The translations under genes were made by a program, and so were the position numbers. From Candidatus Staskawiczbacteria bacterium (GTDB lineage: Bacteria > Patescibacteriota > Minisyncoccia > Minisyncoccales > Staskawiczbacteraceae), in NCBI GenBank assembly GCA_026395295.1, contig JAPLYZ010000007.1, forward strand, positions 370-64,369: a stretch of DNA of 64,000 bases. Direction: 5' to 3'. The notes under the pieces were generated by a model. That model saw only the letters and a list, made by a program, of their open reading frames with translations. It was not told the DNA's origin and ran no database searches. Shown one piece after another: positions 38,978 through 48,170 of the stretch (position 1 is its first letter; the number at the start of each line of letters is the position of its first letter).

Positions 38978-41680
38978 CTACTTCCTTGAGGTGGATAATT
39001 TTCTCTTCTCGACCATTTTTGGCAAAATCTTGGGCGAGTCAAAAATCATCTTACCGCCTTGCTCGTCAATTAAAACACGAGAACCTTCTGCAATCTCGTT
39101 AGTTACAATTTTCACTGACAACGGGTCCAAAATTAACCTTTGGATAACTCGTTTTAACGGCCGCGCGCCCAAATTTTGGTCAAACCCTTCTTTCACCAAA
39201 AACTCTTTTGCTCTTTCGGAAATTTCAATTTTTATTTCTTTGGTCGCCAAACGCTTTTCAACCTTTGCCAGCTCTAAATCAACAATTCTCTTAATCTGCT
39301 CTTGGCGCAAATAGTTAAATATAACAATTTCATCAATTCTGTTCAAAAACTCCGGGCGGAATGAATCGCGCAAGGTATCAAATATCTTTTCCCGCATTGA
39401 CTCGCGCTGAACCAGCTCCTCTTTGGTGTTAAACCCAATTGACGACATTTTGTTGATGTAGTCCGAGCCCAAGTTAGAGGTCATTATAATAATTGTATTT
39501 TTGAAAGAAACCATTCTGCCCTTAGAGTCGGTAAGCCGTCCGTCTTCAAAAATTTGCAGGAGAATATTAAACACATCCGGGTGGGCTTTTTCAACTTCGT
39601 CTAACAATAAAACAGAGTATGGCCTTCGCCTAACTTTTTCTGTAAGCTGACCGGCTTCTTCATAGCCAACATATCCCGGAGGCGAACCAATAATTTTGGA
39701 AACTGTGTGCCTCTCCATATACTCTGACATATCCAGCCTTATTAACGCTTTTTCGTCGTTAAATAAAAATTCTGCCAAAGCGCGGGCGCACTCTGTTTTT
39801 CCAACGCCTGTAGGCCCCAAAAATAGAAATGAACCCAAGGGTTTATTCTCTTCAGAAATTCCGGCCCTTGCCCGTCGAATAGCTCTTGAAATTGCTGAAA
39901 TCGCCTCTTCTTGTCCAATAACACGCCTGTTCAAAGTGTCTTCCATTGTTTCTAATTTTTTGGCTTCTTCGGTAATTAAACGCATAACCGGAATCCCTGT
40001 CCATCGCGAAACAACTTTAGAAACTTCCTCCTCGGTCACTTCTTCTTTAAGAAGCCGATGTTCTTTTTGTATTTTTATCAGTTTTTGTTCCACCTGATTC
40101 AGCTCTTTCATTAATTCCGGAATTCTCCCATATTTTATCTCGGCAACTTTTTCCAAATCTGCTTCGCGCTGGGCAATTTCCGTCTGATAAGAAAGGTTGT
40201 CTAATTTCTCTCTGATGTCTTTTATTTTGTTAATAAGCTCTTTTTCAGCTCCCCATTTCAATCTCAACGCTTTTGTTTTTTCGTTTAAATCTGCCAACTC
40301 CCTGGCGATAACTTTCAAACGCCTTTCAGAACCGCTCTCTTTTTTCAGCGCTTGTTTTTCAATTTCTAGTTTCATTATGGCTTCGTCATATTTTTCAAGT
40401 TCTTGAGGGTCAGACTCAATTTCTAATCTCAGGGCAGACGCCGCTTCGTCCATTAGGTCAACAGCTTTGTCTGGCAAAAATCTGTCAGAAATATATCTGT
40501 TTGCCAAATCGACTGCGGCTTTTATGGCAGAATCTTTTATTTTTACTCCATGGTGAACTTCATATTTTTCTTTAATTCCGCGTAAAATTGCCACAGCATC
40601 TTCAACATTCGGCTCTTGCACATAAATCGGTTGGAATCTTCTTTCCAGCGCAGGATCTTTTTCAATATATTTTTGATATTCTCTTGTGGTTGTCGCTCCA
40701 ATAGCCCTTAATTCTCCGCGAGACAAAGCCGGTTTTAATAAATTTGAAGCGTCAATTGCTCCTTCTGCAGCTCCAGCTCCAACCAATGTATGCAACTCGT
40801 CAATAAACAAAATATATTTTCCTGCAGCCCGCGATAATTCTTTCAGCAAAGCCTTAATGCGTGTTTCAAATTCTCCTCTATATTTTGTGCCGGCAATTAT
40901 AGCTCCTAAATCCAAAGAAATGACCTCTTTATTTTTTAGAAAATCCGGCACGTTCCCCCTGGCGATCCTTTGGGCAAAACCTTCAACAATTGCTGTTTTT
41001 CCAACTCCGGCTTCGCCAATTAGCACCGGGTTATTTTTTGTTCTCCTGGAAATTATCTGCATCAATCTCCGAATTTCGTTGTCTCTGCCTACTATTGGAT
41101 CAATTTTTCCTGCGGCCGCCAAATTAGTCAAATTTCTGGTGTATTTTTCAATCACCTGAAACTTTGATTCAGGTTCCGGGTCGGTAATTCTTTGTCCGCC
41201 CCTAACTTGCGACAAAACTTTCATTACTGCTTCATAATCAAGTTTCGCATTTTTAAAATTATTCCCTTCGCCCGATGTAATAAAATTTATTTTCTCTAAA
41301 ACATCTTTGGCTCCGGACTTAGTGTCCAGCAACGCCAAAAACAAATGCTCAACTGAAATAAACTCGTCGTTCATTTTTATGGCTTCTTGCCTGGCTCTGT
41401 CTAAAACTTTTGCCATGTCTTGCGTAAGATAAAACTGGCCAAATGCCTGCGGAGTTAAAATTGTCGGAATTTTTGTAATTTGAGCTTCAACTTTTTTCTT
41501 CAAGGAATCTCCGTCAACTCCAAGTTTTTGTAAAACAGTGGTTATAATTGAACCTTCTTGAGAAAGTAAAACATACAACAAATGCAGGGCGTCAATTTGC
41601 GATTGTCCCTTTTCTTGCGCCAGCTGTTGCGCCTGCATTAATGCATCTTGCGCTTTGTTTGTAAAATTTGCTCCGTTCAC
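38978..41680 (-). CDS. clpB: ATP-dependent chaperone ClpB
   Basis: Clp N-domain, two AAA+ modules (GEAGVGKT, GPTGVGKT), long coiled-coil middle domain, PPGYVGYEE. Confidence 0.9.
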   Translation of the reverse strand: MNGANFTNKAQDALMQAQQLAQEKGQSQIDALHLLYVLLSQEGSIITTVLQKLGVDGDSLKKKVEAQITKIPTILTPQAFGQFYLTQDMAKVLDRARQEAIKMNDEFISVEHLFLALLDTKSGAKDVLEKINFITSGEGNNFKNAKLDYEAVMKVLSQVRGGQRITDPEPESKFQVIEKYTRNLTNLAAAGKIDPIVGRDNEIRRLMQIISRRTKNNPVLIGEAGVGKTAIVEGFAQRIARGNVPDFLKNKEVISLDLGAIIAGTKYRGEFETRIKALLKELSRAAGKYILFIDELHTLVGAGAAEGAIDASNLLKPALSRGELRAIGATTTREYQKYIEKDPALERRFQPIYVQEPNVEDAVAILRGIKEKYEVHHGVKIKDSAIKAAVDLANRYISDRFLPDKAVDLMDEAASALRLEIESDPQELEKYDEAIMKLEIEKQALKKESGSERRLKVIARELADLNEKTKALRLKWGAEKELINKIKDIREKLDNLSYQTEIAQREADLEKVAEIKYGRIPELMKELNQVEQKLIKIQKEHRLLKEEVTEEEVSKVVSRWTGIPVMRLITEEAKKLETMEDTLNRRVIGQEEAISAISRAIRRARAGISEENKPLGSFLFLGPTGVGKTECARALAEFLFNDEKALIRLDMSEYMERHTVSKIIGSPPGYVGYEEAGQLTEKVRRRPYSVLLLDEVEKAHPDVFNILLQIFEDGRLTDSKGRMVSFKNTIIIMTSNLGSDYINKMSSIGFNTKEELVQRESMREKIFDTLRDSFRPEFLNRIDEIVIFNYLRQEQIKRIVDLELAKVEKRLATKEIKIEISERAKEFLVKEGFDQNLGARPLKRVIQRLILDPLSVKIVTNEIAEGSRVLIDEQGGKMIFDSPKILPKMVEKRKLSTSRK

Positions 41681-41769
41681 ACTTCGACTCGCCCTCGTTT
41701 CGCTCGGGCTTCGCTCAGTGCAAGTACTGTTCTTGCGCGAGTCGAAGTGCCCTGAGCTTGTCGAAGGGT
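41680..41769. repeat. Cluster of REP-like palindromes in the clpB leader
   Basis: cacttcgactcgc...gcgagtcgaagtg inverted pair plus gccctgagcttgtcgaagggt. Confidence 0.75.
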
Positions 41770-41822
41770 ATTCAATATTACGTCTAATATGTCTATTTTA
41801 GTCCAAAACCAAAAATAAATCA

Positions 41823-41849
41823 ATAGCACTCTCAACCCGAGAGTGCTAA
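41823..41849. promoter_or_regulatory. CIRCE element (HrcA operator) upstream of clpB
   Basis: aTAGCACTC-N9-GAGTGCTAA, one mismatch to TTAGCACTC-N9-GAGTGCTAA. Confidence 0.9.
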
Positions 41850-41875
41850 AATGTCTAATTAAACAACTTTGTACT

Positions 41876-42316
41876 TTATTTTTTCTTTGGAGATTTAGAT
41901 GCAAATCTCTTTTTCTCTACTCGCCTTTCGGGTTCTTCGGTTTTTCCAGACACTTCGGCAGTTCCTGCTTCTTGCCTCCCTATTTCAGCCACTGGTTTTG
42001 GCTGTCCTTTTGATCCATATTTTTCAACCGCCTCTTCAATTATCTTTTTTAAACATACTGCTTTTTCTGTTAATAATCTTTTTTGAGCTTCTGTAACTCT
42101 TAGATAAGCTGTCCTTTTCGCCTCTTCCATTATTTTAGCTCTTGCAGAATCAACCATGTCCGGAAGAATATCTTTTCTGTTGTCATAAGATAAAACTCCC
42201 TTGCCTGCTACCGTAGGAATTTTTATTTCGGTGAACCATCCTGTTTTGGTTCTTTCAACCGCATAACCATCATTAATCAATTTATCAAGAACAACGTCTC
42301 CACCATCGCCTCCCAA
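41876..42316 (-). CDS. Hypothetical protein, probably a 5'-degraded remnant
   Basis: TTG start only; an upstream ATG at 42462 is separated from it by stops and a frame change. Confidence 0.4.
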   Translation of the reverse strand: MGGDGGDVVLDKLINDGYAVERTKTGWFTEIKIPTVAGKGVLSYDNRKDILPDMVDSARAKIMEEAKRTAYLRVTEAQKRLLTEKAVCLKKIIEEAVEKYGSKGQPKPVAEIGRQEAGTAEVSGKTEEPERRVEKKRFASKSPKKK

Positions 42317-42482
42317 TCCTAATTTCTGCCTGATGTCTGCCAGATATTTATCTCAAGATAGCAATATTTTACCCGATTTTCAAATTTATCTTTAAATTAT
42401 TTTACGAAAGTTAATTACTCTCTCTCAGATTCGGACTTTAATGTATCGCATAATTTTTTCATAATTATTCAACAGGGTGAAT

Positions 42483-43106
42483 TTAAGATAAACTAAATTC
42501 TATCAATGCTTTTTTTATAACTTCATCGCTGGTTTCAAACCCTTTTTTCCAAACAACCTGCTCTCGGTAATCCATATCGTCAAAATAAGCAAGTTGTCTT
42601 CTCAACAATTTTTCATTAAATTCTTTACCAAAAATCTCATCTGATTTTTTACAAATTTCCTTTATGGAATGATAATCCTTCATAATGAAGTACAGGTCAA
42701 CATAATCTTTCCATTTTGGTCTTCGCCCTAAAGCATATGCTTTCATTGCGCTAAGAGTTAAAATATCAGGCATTTTTATCGTATCATCAAAATTTTCCGA
42801 AAAATTGACCTTGAACAGATAATGAAAAAAGGTAAATCTTACCATGTTTATCTCAATTGTGTATTGTCCGGTTTCGTCTCTTATGGTTCTGGGTATTCGT
42901 TCTGCTCTAATTATTTTCCGTCGTATTTTCACGTTATCAAATTCTTCAAACGAAAATAAATCAAAATCAATAGATTCTCTATGTCCAATATGAAGCGCGA
43001 TAGCTGTTCCGCCGACTAAGCCAAAATTCTTATTGAATAATTTTACCACATGCAAAAGCCCTTCCTGCTCCTTTGTCAAAATTTCTCTATGAAAATTATT
43101 TTGCAT
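42483..43106 (-). CDS. AbiEii/AbiGii-family nucleotidyltransferase toxin
   Basis: LVGGTAIALHIGHRESIDFDLF, MKAYALGRR, KDYVDLY; likely start MQNNF at 43106. Confidence 0.85.
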   Translation of the reverse strand: MQNNFHREILTKEQEGLLHVVKLFNKNFGLVGGTAIALHIGHRESIDFDLFSFEEFDNVKIRRKIIRAERIPRTIRDETGQYTIEINMVRFTFFHYLFKVNFSENFDDTIKMPDILTLSAMKAYALGRRPKWKDYVDLYFIMKDYHSIKEICKKSDEIFGKEFNEKLLRRQLAYFDDMDYREQVVWKKGFETSDEVIKKALIEFSLS

Positions 43107-43371
43107 GAGCTTCAAAGTATAAATTGAAATAATTTTTTGTTTTATCGTCGTAATTAGTCCTAAAGCCGCTTGTTTGTTTCCTAAAAATCTCTGCCATTTT
43201 TTTAATGCCAATAATTTTAATAAGTTTTTGCACATCATCCCAACCGCCATAATTTAATGTGTGCTCAATTATTGACTCTTCGCCTAAATTTTCAGGGTCT
43301 TTTACATACCAAACAAGATGCTTCCTTTCTCGCATATATTTTTTAAGCTCGCTTTTTTTTGTGTCTTTCAT
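43096..43371 (-). CDS. Small putative antitoxin (DUF6922-like) preceding the AbiEii gene
   Basis: LVWYV...IIEHTLNYGGWDDV; overlaps the toxin start. Confidence 0.7.
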   Translation of the reverse strand: MKDTKKSELKKYMRERKHLVWYVKDPENLGEESIIEHTLNYGGWDDVQKLIKIIGIKKMAEIFRKQTSGFRTNYDDKTKNYFNLYFEAHAK

Positions 43372-43503
43372 ACTTTATTTTATCATAATTTTAGGCTGAA
43401 TTCAATGCAAACCGGCACACAATGCAACGACCATTATTTTATTGTATCAAAAAATAAATAAAAAAGCCACGTGAAGAGCACATGGCAACCCCTTGGCAAA
43501 CAC

Positions 43504-43776
43504 TTAAAGAGTAACAAGTCCTGCGTCAAAAAGAGATTTGAAAAGAACCCCAGAATCAACGACGGCGACAAGTCTTTTCCCATTTCCACTCTCGGCTTTG
43601 ACGAAATGTCCGCTTGCCAACTTGAGCAGACGATTCTTGGCAAGGTCCCATTTTTCCAAATCAACGGGCAAAACCATGGCTTTTTCTCCCTTTCCTCCTA
43701 CAATCTTTATTTCCACCGCCCAGCGCGACTCAGGACCGATAACCCGAACATATATTTCATTCCCATTTTTTTTCAT
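43504..43776 (-). CDS. Hypothetical protein
   Basis: 90 aa with GAGG SD; followed by terminator-like gccatgtg-ctctt-cacgtggc-Tn at about 43461..43486. Confidence 0.6.
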   Translation of the reverse strand: MKKNGNEIYVRVIGPESRWAVEIKIVGGKGEKAMVLPVDLEKWDLAKNRLLKLASGHFVKAESGNGKRLVAVVDSGVLFKSLFDAGLVTL

Positions 43777-43788
43777 AACCTCATCTTT

Positions 43789-43989
43789 CTAAAACAGCAC
43801 TTGGTTTGTAACAACCAACAAAACACCGGGAAGGGACTTTACAATTGCTGGATCAAACCCAAAATCTCCGCCAGGTGCCCTTAACACGTTATTTTTGTCT
43901 AACTCTGGCGCAAACCCTAATTCCTGCAACTTCTTGATAACCGCGCCAACCTCTTCTTTACTGGCATCTCTTTTTATCTCAATAACCAT
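43789..43989 (-). CDS. Stand-alone DAHP-synthase N-terminal ferredoxin/ACT-like regulatory domain
   Basis: MVIEIKRDASKEEVGAVIKKLQELG...GD...IVKSLPGVLLVV resembles the N-domain of type I-beta DAHP synthases; no catalytic domain follows. Confidence 0.65.
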   Translation of the reverse strand: MVIEIKRDASKEEVGAVIKKLQELGFAPELDKNNVLRAPGGDFGFDPAIVKSLPGVLLVVTNQVLF

Positions 43990-44032
43990 AATTGACTCTT
44001 TCTGTTTAGTTTTTAAAGTGCAGCGCTTTGTT

Positions 44033-44062
44033 AAAAAGCAAAAGCCCCTTGGAGGGGGGCTT
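44033..44062 (-). terminator. Attenuator terminator hairpin
   Basis: Minus strand aagcccc-cctccaa-ggggctt-ttgcttttt between the leader ORF and the 43989 gene. Confidence 0.7.
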
Positions 44063-44090
44063 ATTTGAATTTTCTAAATTTTATTATTTC

Positions 44091-44177
44091 TTATTTTAGA
44101 ATGCTCAAATCAACCTCTCTCCTAAAGAAGCTAAAAAAGAAATAAAACCAGTTGTTTGTTCGGTTAATTTGATTCAT
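44091..44177 (-). CDS. Aromatic amino-acid attenuator leader peptide (28 aa)
   Basis: MNQINRTNNWFYFFFSFFRREVDLSILK*; 8 of 9 consecutive codons are W/F/Y; TTGACA-N16-TAAACT (TG-extended) promoter just upstream. Confidence 0.75.
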   Translation of the reverse strand: MNQINRTNNWFYFFFSFFRREVDLSILK

Positions 44178-44212
44178 ACAATTATAGTTTATCAGAAAAT
44201 AATTCTGTGTCA

Positions 44213-44250
44213 ACCCCGTTAGAAGTCTTGAACAAGACTTCTAACGGGGT
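44213..44250. repeat. Perfect 38-bp palindrome
   Basis: accccgttagaagtcttg-aa-caagacttctaacggggt; related half-elements at 29049..29065 and 42465..42481. Confidence 0.9.
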
Positions 44251-44256
44251 CAATGG

Positions 44257-45612
44257 CTAAGATGACCGTTCTCCCAAGGTTACAATTACATCCTGTTCTT
44301 TGCCGTCCCTTAAAATTCGCAAAGTAACTTTATCTCCGGCATTATGTTTTTGTATCATTTTTGACATTGGACTATCGGTGGTAATTTTCTCTCCGTCTAC
44401 CTTCAGAATAACATCTTTTTCTTTAATTCCAGCTTTTTCCGCCACAGAACCAGAAGTCACAGCTAATTCTCCTTTACTCCCCTTAAGGACTAGCGCTCCA
44501 TAGTCAACCGACAAATTATACTTTTCTTTAACCTGCTCATCAACCAAAATATATCTTACCCCCAAAAACGGATAAACAATTTTATTTGTTTTGGCAACTT
44601 GGTCAATATCTTTTTTCGCCATATTTATTGGAATAGCAAAACCAATAGCCTCTGCCCCTTGCGCCATAGCTGTATTAATACCAATAACTTCACCCCTCAA
44701 ATTCAATAAGGGTCCGCCAGAATTTCCAGAGTTAATTGCCGCATCTGTCTGTATTATGTCTTCCAATGTTTCCGAAAATGAACCCAACTGATCAGAAGCA
44801 GAAATTGTTCTGCCGAGACCCGAGATCACGCCCACCGAAACTGTGTTGCGGAATTGACCCAGCGCGTTTCCGATTGCAATAGCTGTCTGACCTATTTGTA
44901 TCCCCGAAGAATCTCCCAGAGTTACCGGCTGAAAAATTGTCCCGCCATTCGACGGGATCCCGCTGTGGCGGGAAATTTTTATAACTGCCAAATCCTGAAC
45001 CGGGTCAAGCGCCAAAACTTTTGCCGGATACTTTTGTCCATCGTTTGTAAAAACCGTATAATCTGCCTTGTTATCTGAAACAACGTGCTTATTCGTTAAA
45101 ACCAGCCCATCAGCTGAAACAATAAATCCAGACCCTGCTCCTATTTGCTGATACTTGGTTCCTTTTTGCACCTGTTGGGGAATTTGGATATCAAAGGGTC
45201 CAAAAAAATCTCCGAACGGATTATCACTGCTACCGTTATTGCCAAATGGATCTACGAGTTGCTGTTCGTAAACCGGAACGTTTTTAGAAATAACAATACT
45301 GACAACAGATGGCGAAACTTTTTTAGCGGCATCAATAATCGCTTGCTCGTAAGAGATGCCTGAAACGTAAGGTTTTGTGGCGGACTGATCGTTGTTCTTT
45401 TCTTTTTTTGGCGCTGTTGTTTCAAAATACTTTAGAAATGCTTGTGTTTCCGACGGAAAATAATGCAGAGCGGTAATACCAACATAAATACCAATAATGT
45501 ACCCTGCAACAACCAAGAGCAAAGCGCCTAAAAACACCTTATTTTTAATAATTTTTAAGCTTTTATTTTTAACTTCTGAAAAGTTATATTGTGGCAAATT
45601 GTACAAACTCAT
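44257..45612 (-). CDS. htrA: HtrA/DegP serine protease with one PDZ domain
   Basis: GSGFIV, TNKHV, DLAVIK, IQTDAAINSGNSGGPL, C-terminal PDZ. Confidence 0.9.
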   Translation of the reverse strand: MSLYNLPQYNFSEVKNKSLKIIKNKVFLGALLLVVAGYIIGIYVGITALHYFPSETQAFLKYFETTAPKKEKNNDQSATKPYVSGISYEQAIIDAAKKVSPSVVSIVISKNVPVYEQQLVDPFGNNGSSDNPFGDFFGPFDIQIPQQVQKGTKYQQIGAGSGFIVSADGLVLTNKHVVSDNKADYTVFTNDGQKYPAKVLALDPVQDLAVIKISRHSGIPSNGGTIFQPVTLGDSSGIQIGQTAIAIGNALGQFRNTVSVGVISGLGRTISASDQLGSFSETLEDIIQTDAAINSGNSGGPLLNLRGEVIGINTAMAQGAEAIGFAIPINMAKKDIDQVAKTNKIVYPFLGVRYILVDEQVKEKYNLSVDYGALVLKGSKGELAVTSGSVAEKAGIKEKDVILKVDGEKITTDSPMSKMIQKHNAGDKVTLRILRDGKEQDVIVTLGERSS

Positions 45613-45661
45613 GGAGAAAATTTTTAATTTTAAATTATTTTTAATAATACGATTTTGGTTG

Positions 45662-46381
45662 TTATTTTGGTTCAGCCTTGTCGTAATGGTCGAATCTATA
45701 ATTAAAAATATCTGACTTTACCGGACCCAAAAAAATCATATAAAGTTCGCAAAGAAAAAATTTAATGCCGGTCAAAACCCAGCCGTCTGTTTTAAATCTT
45801 CTGTCTGAAATAAAAAGTTTTGCTGATTTTATAATCCCAAACCTTGCCTTGAACAATTTTACCGCCTGCCTGGCTAAATAATGATCTTCGGCTAGTTTCA
45901 CATCTTCATCAAATCCTCCCAGTTTTTCAAAAAGATTTTTTTTAACAATAATTCCCATTGCCGCGTGAGGTAAAATTCTCTCTAATAAAATAATAGGATA
46001 ATTATAAAAAAAATTCAAGAGAAATGAAGAGATTTTGCTTTTTGAGAGTGGCGCCAGGCAAAAACTGGCAACTTCAAGCTTGTGCCTGACAAATTCCGCC
46101 AATGTTTTTTTAAAAAAATTACCAGGTAAAATTGTGTCGGCGTCTACAAAAAATAGCAGTTCGCCTTTAGCAACCTTTTCGCCTTCGTTTCTTCCTTTTG
46201 CCGGCAACCCACCGGGAACAATTTTGCAATTATACCTCTTGGCGATTTCCAAGGTTTTATCTGTAGAACCGGCATCGGCCAAAATTATTTCGTAATCTGA
46301 AAAATCTTGCTCTTTGATTGACGCTAAAAGTAGAGGCAAATACTTTTCCTCATTTAACGCTGGAATAATAATTGACAACAT
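45662..46381 (-). CDS. Glycosyltransferase family 2
   Basis: LSIIIPALNEE, DAGSTD, FVDAD, GGFDE, AED. Confidence 0.9.
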   Translation of the reverse strand: MLSIIIPALNEEKYLPLLLASIKEQDFSDYEIILADAGSTDKTLEIAKRYNCKIVPGGLPAKGRNEGEKVAKGELLFFVDADTILPGNFFKKTLAEFVRHKLEVASFCLAPLSKSKISSFLLNFFYNYPIILLERILPHAAMGIIVKKNLFEKLGGFDEDVKLAEDHYLARQAVKLFKARFGIIKSAKLFISDRRFKTDGWVLTGIKFFLCELYMIFLGPVKSDIFNYRFDHYDKAEPK

Positions 46382-46456
46382 AATTTTTTTCTTTTTTACA
46401 AACTGGCAACTGTGAATAAATGATTGACTTGACGCTATTCTTTGTGCTATATTAAA

Positions 46457-46544
46457 AGTGGCTCTTGGAGGGCTTTGGCCCTGTCACGGCTATCCAAGCT
46501 GTAGCCAAGCGCCACTAAAGAATACTGCATCAGCGGTGTTTTTT
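46457..46544 (+). ncRNA. Candidate structured small RNA convergent with the RNase-like gene
   Basis: TTGACT(46424)-N18-TATATT(46448) TG-extended promoter; closing stem agtggc.cttgg/ccaag.gccact enclosing two hairpins; terminator aatactgc-atca-gcggtgtt-tttt. Confidence 0.55.
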
Positions 46545-46547
46545 AGT

Positions 46548-47045
46548 TTAATCTAAAGCTGGGTTGCCACTGCATAAAATTCGCTTACTGCTTGCTTTAT
46601 CAATGCCCCAAAATGGAATTATGCTCCAAAAATGTTTTTCCCCGCCAATTACCTCTTTTACGATAACTTTTACACGAACATTTTCTAAAACAGCAATAAA
46701 TTCGTAAAATGTCATATCTTTCATAAGGTATTTCCATTGTCCGTTCGTATTATTGTTTTCAAACTGTTTCGTTTGCCAAATACCTTGAAGTGTATGCGAT
46801 TTTCTCAACACTTGTGGCGCAAGATGCAAAAGTTTTAATCGGGGGTATTGGTCTTTTTGCGCCCGTGCCTGCTGGTCAGATTTAAATTTAAGATGGCGAA
46901 GTCCTTTTGCGTTGAAAGATATTTTTTCTGAAAAATATGGACAATAAATTGAATCAAAATTTTGATAAAGTTTTTCCGCCTCGTCTTTGACCTTTGTAAA
47001 TTCCTCTTGATTAAAATTAAACTTTCCCATACCTTTTTTTCTCAA
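46548..47045 (-). CDS. Putative Barnase/EndoU/ColicinE5/D/RelE-like (PBECR-type) nuclease
   Basis: IYCPYF, ISFNAKGLRHL, VKVIVK, HFWSIIP; alternative ATG start at 47030; family call from pattern recognition only. Confidence 0.5.
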   Translation of the reverse strand: MRKKGMGKFNFNQEEFTKVKDEAEKLYQNFDSIYCPYFSEKISFNAKGLRHLKFKSDQQARAQKDQYPRLKLLHLAPQVLRKSHTLQGIWQTKQFENNNTNGQWKYLMKDMTFYEFIAVLENVRVKVIVKEVIGGEKHFWSIIPFWGIDKASSKRILCSGNPALD

Positions 47046-48164
47046 TTATTTTTGTGACAAGAATTTTTCACAGGCTTGTTCAATCCTTTTCTTCATTTTT
47101 CCTTCAAAATTTGTTTTGGAACCAAGTCGCGCTTTATTGTGCTGAGAAAAAACAGCTCTCACTTTTTTAGTTATTGTATTTGGCAGATTTATAACTTCGG
47201 CATCTCCCTGCAACGTCAGTCTTCCCCTTTTTATAAAAGACTCCGCCATAACAATAATGTCTTTTCCGCCATAATTAGAAATTATAACGTCAAGCGCCCT
47301 ATCCGCATCTTCTAATTTCTGCGACCTCCTGTATTCCTCTGTAAAAGCGCTGGATAAAAAATCCAGCAGGTCTGTAGCCTTCTTGTCTTTCTCGCTTGTA
47401 ACCTTCTCCTTATTAAAAATAATATCTGGCATATTCAAAACCGGTTTACCTAATTTTCCATCTTCGTTTTCCTGAAAGATAATATCGCTGACCAGTATTT
47501 CGCCTACTGCCCCATGCTTATCGTGCATTTCCCCGATATATTTTGAGGCTTCGGCCAAGGCTTGGAATCTGTCGGCCACTTTTAGTTTATCGGATTTAAT
47601 CATATCTGACCTATAAACATCCTGAAGCGCCACACCTTGAGTATAAATTTCCGGCTTTTTAATTTCTATTCCGTTTTCATGAGGGCCATAATATTCAGAG
47701 AGACCTAACCTTTCAATATTTTTCGCCACTTCTTCGTTTCCTCCACGATATCTCTTGGTGCCGGGAGCTAAAAATCTTAAGAACCATTTTGGGTGGCTTT
47801 TAAGCAACTTCCACGGCTCCCTCACCGTGTGTTCGTCGAAAGTTCTAAGCACGGCGTCTCCCGCTTTATCAATTTTTGAAATAACTCCACTTGTGTCCCA
47901 AACCATTTTTCCGTCTTCAATTTTTATTTTCCCGCCATACACTCCAACTGTGCTTTTATATTCCTCGTTCGGCAGTCTTGATTCGTTAACTATTCCTTGG
48001 ACTTTCCTTCCCAAAGATTCCCTCATGAAACCCTCCTTGTCTGCTTCTTGTTGTGGCAATCCACCGCTCTCTAGACCCGTAGCCATCTTTTTTAAGGCAT
48101 CTGACATTTCTTTTTGCTCTTGAGTTTCATCTTCCGGAGCATTAAACTCTTCTTGTTTTGTCAT
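47046..48164 (-). CDS. Hypothetical protein
   Basis: 372-aa ORF with acidic N-terminus; no recognised family. Confidence 0.7.
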   Translation of the reverse strand: MTKQEEFNAPEDETQEQKEMSDALKKMATGLESGGLPQQEADKEGFMRESLGRKVQGIVNESRLPNEEYKSTVGVYGGKIKIEDGKMVWDTSGVISKIDKAGDAVLRTFDEHTVREPWKLLKSHPKWFLRFLAPGTKRYRGGNEEVAKNIERLGLSEYYGPHENGIEIKKPEIYTQGVALQDVYRSDMIKSDKLKVADRFQALAEASKYIGEMHDKHGAVGEILVSDIIFQENEDGKLGKPVLNMPDIIFNKEKVTSEKDKKATDLLDFLSSAFTEEYRRSQKLEDADRALDVIISNYGGKDIIVMAESFIKRGRLTLQGDAEVINLPNTITKKVRAVFSQHNKARLGSKTNFEGKMKKRIEQACEKFLSQK

Positions 48165-48170
48165 ATTTTT

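Noticed and set aside
41677..41904. 75-aa ORF upstream of clpB
   Set aside because: Spans the CIRCE and REP hairpins; its C-terminus is simply the translated repeat
46457..46516. Canonical tRNA gene
   Set aside because: No T-arm GTTC motif, no D-loop GG pattern and no CCA end; kept only as a candidate ncRNA
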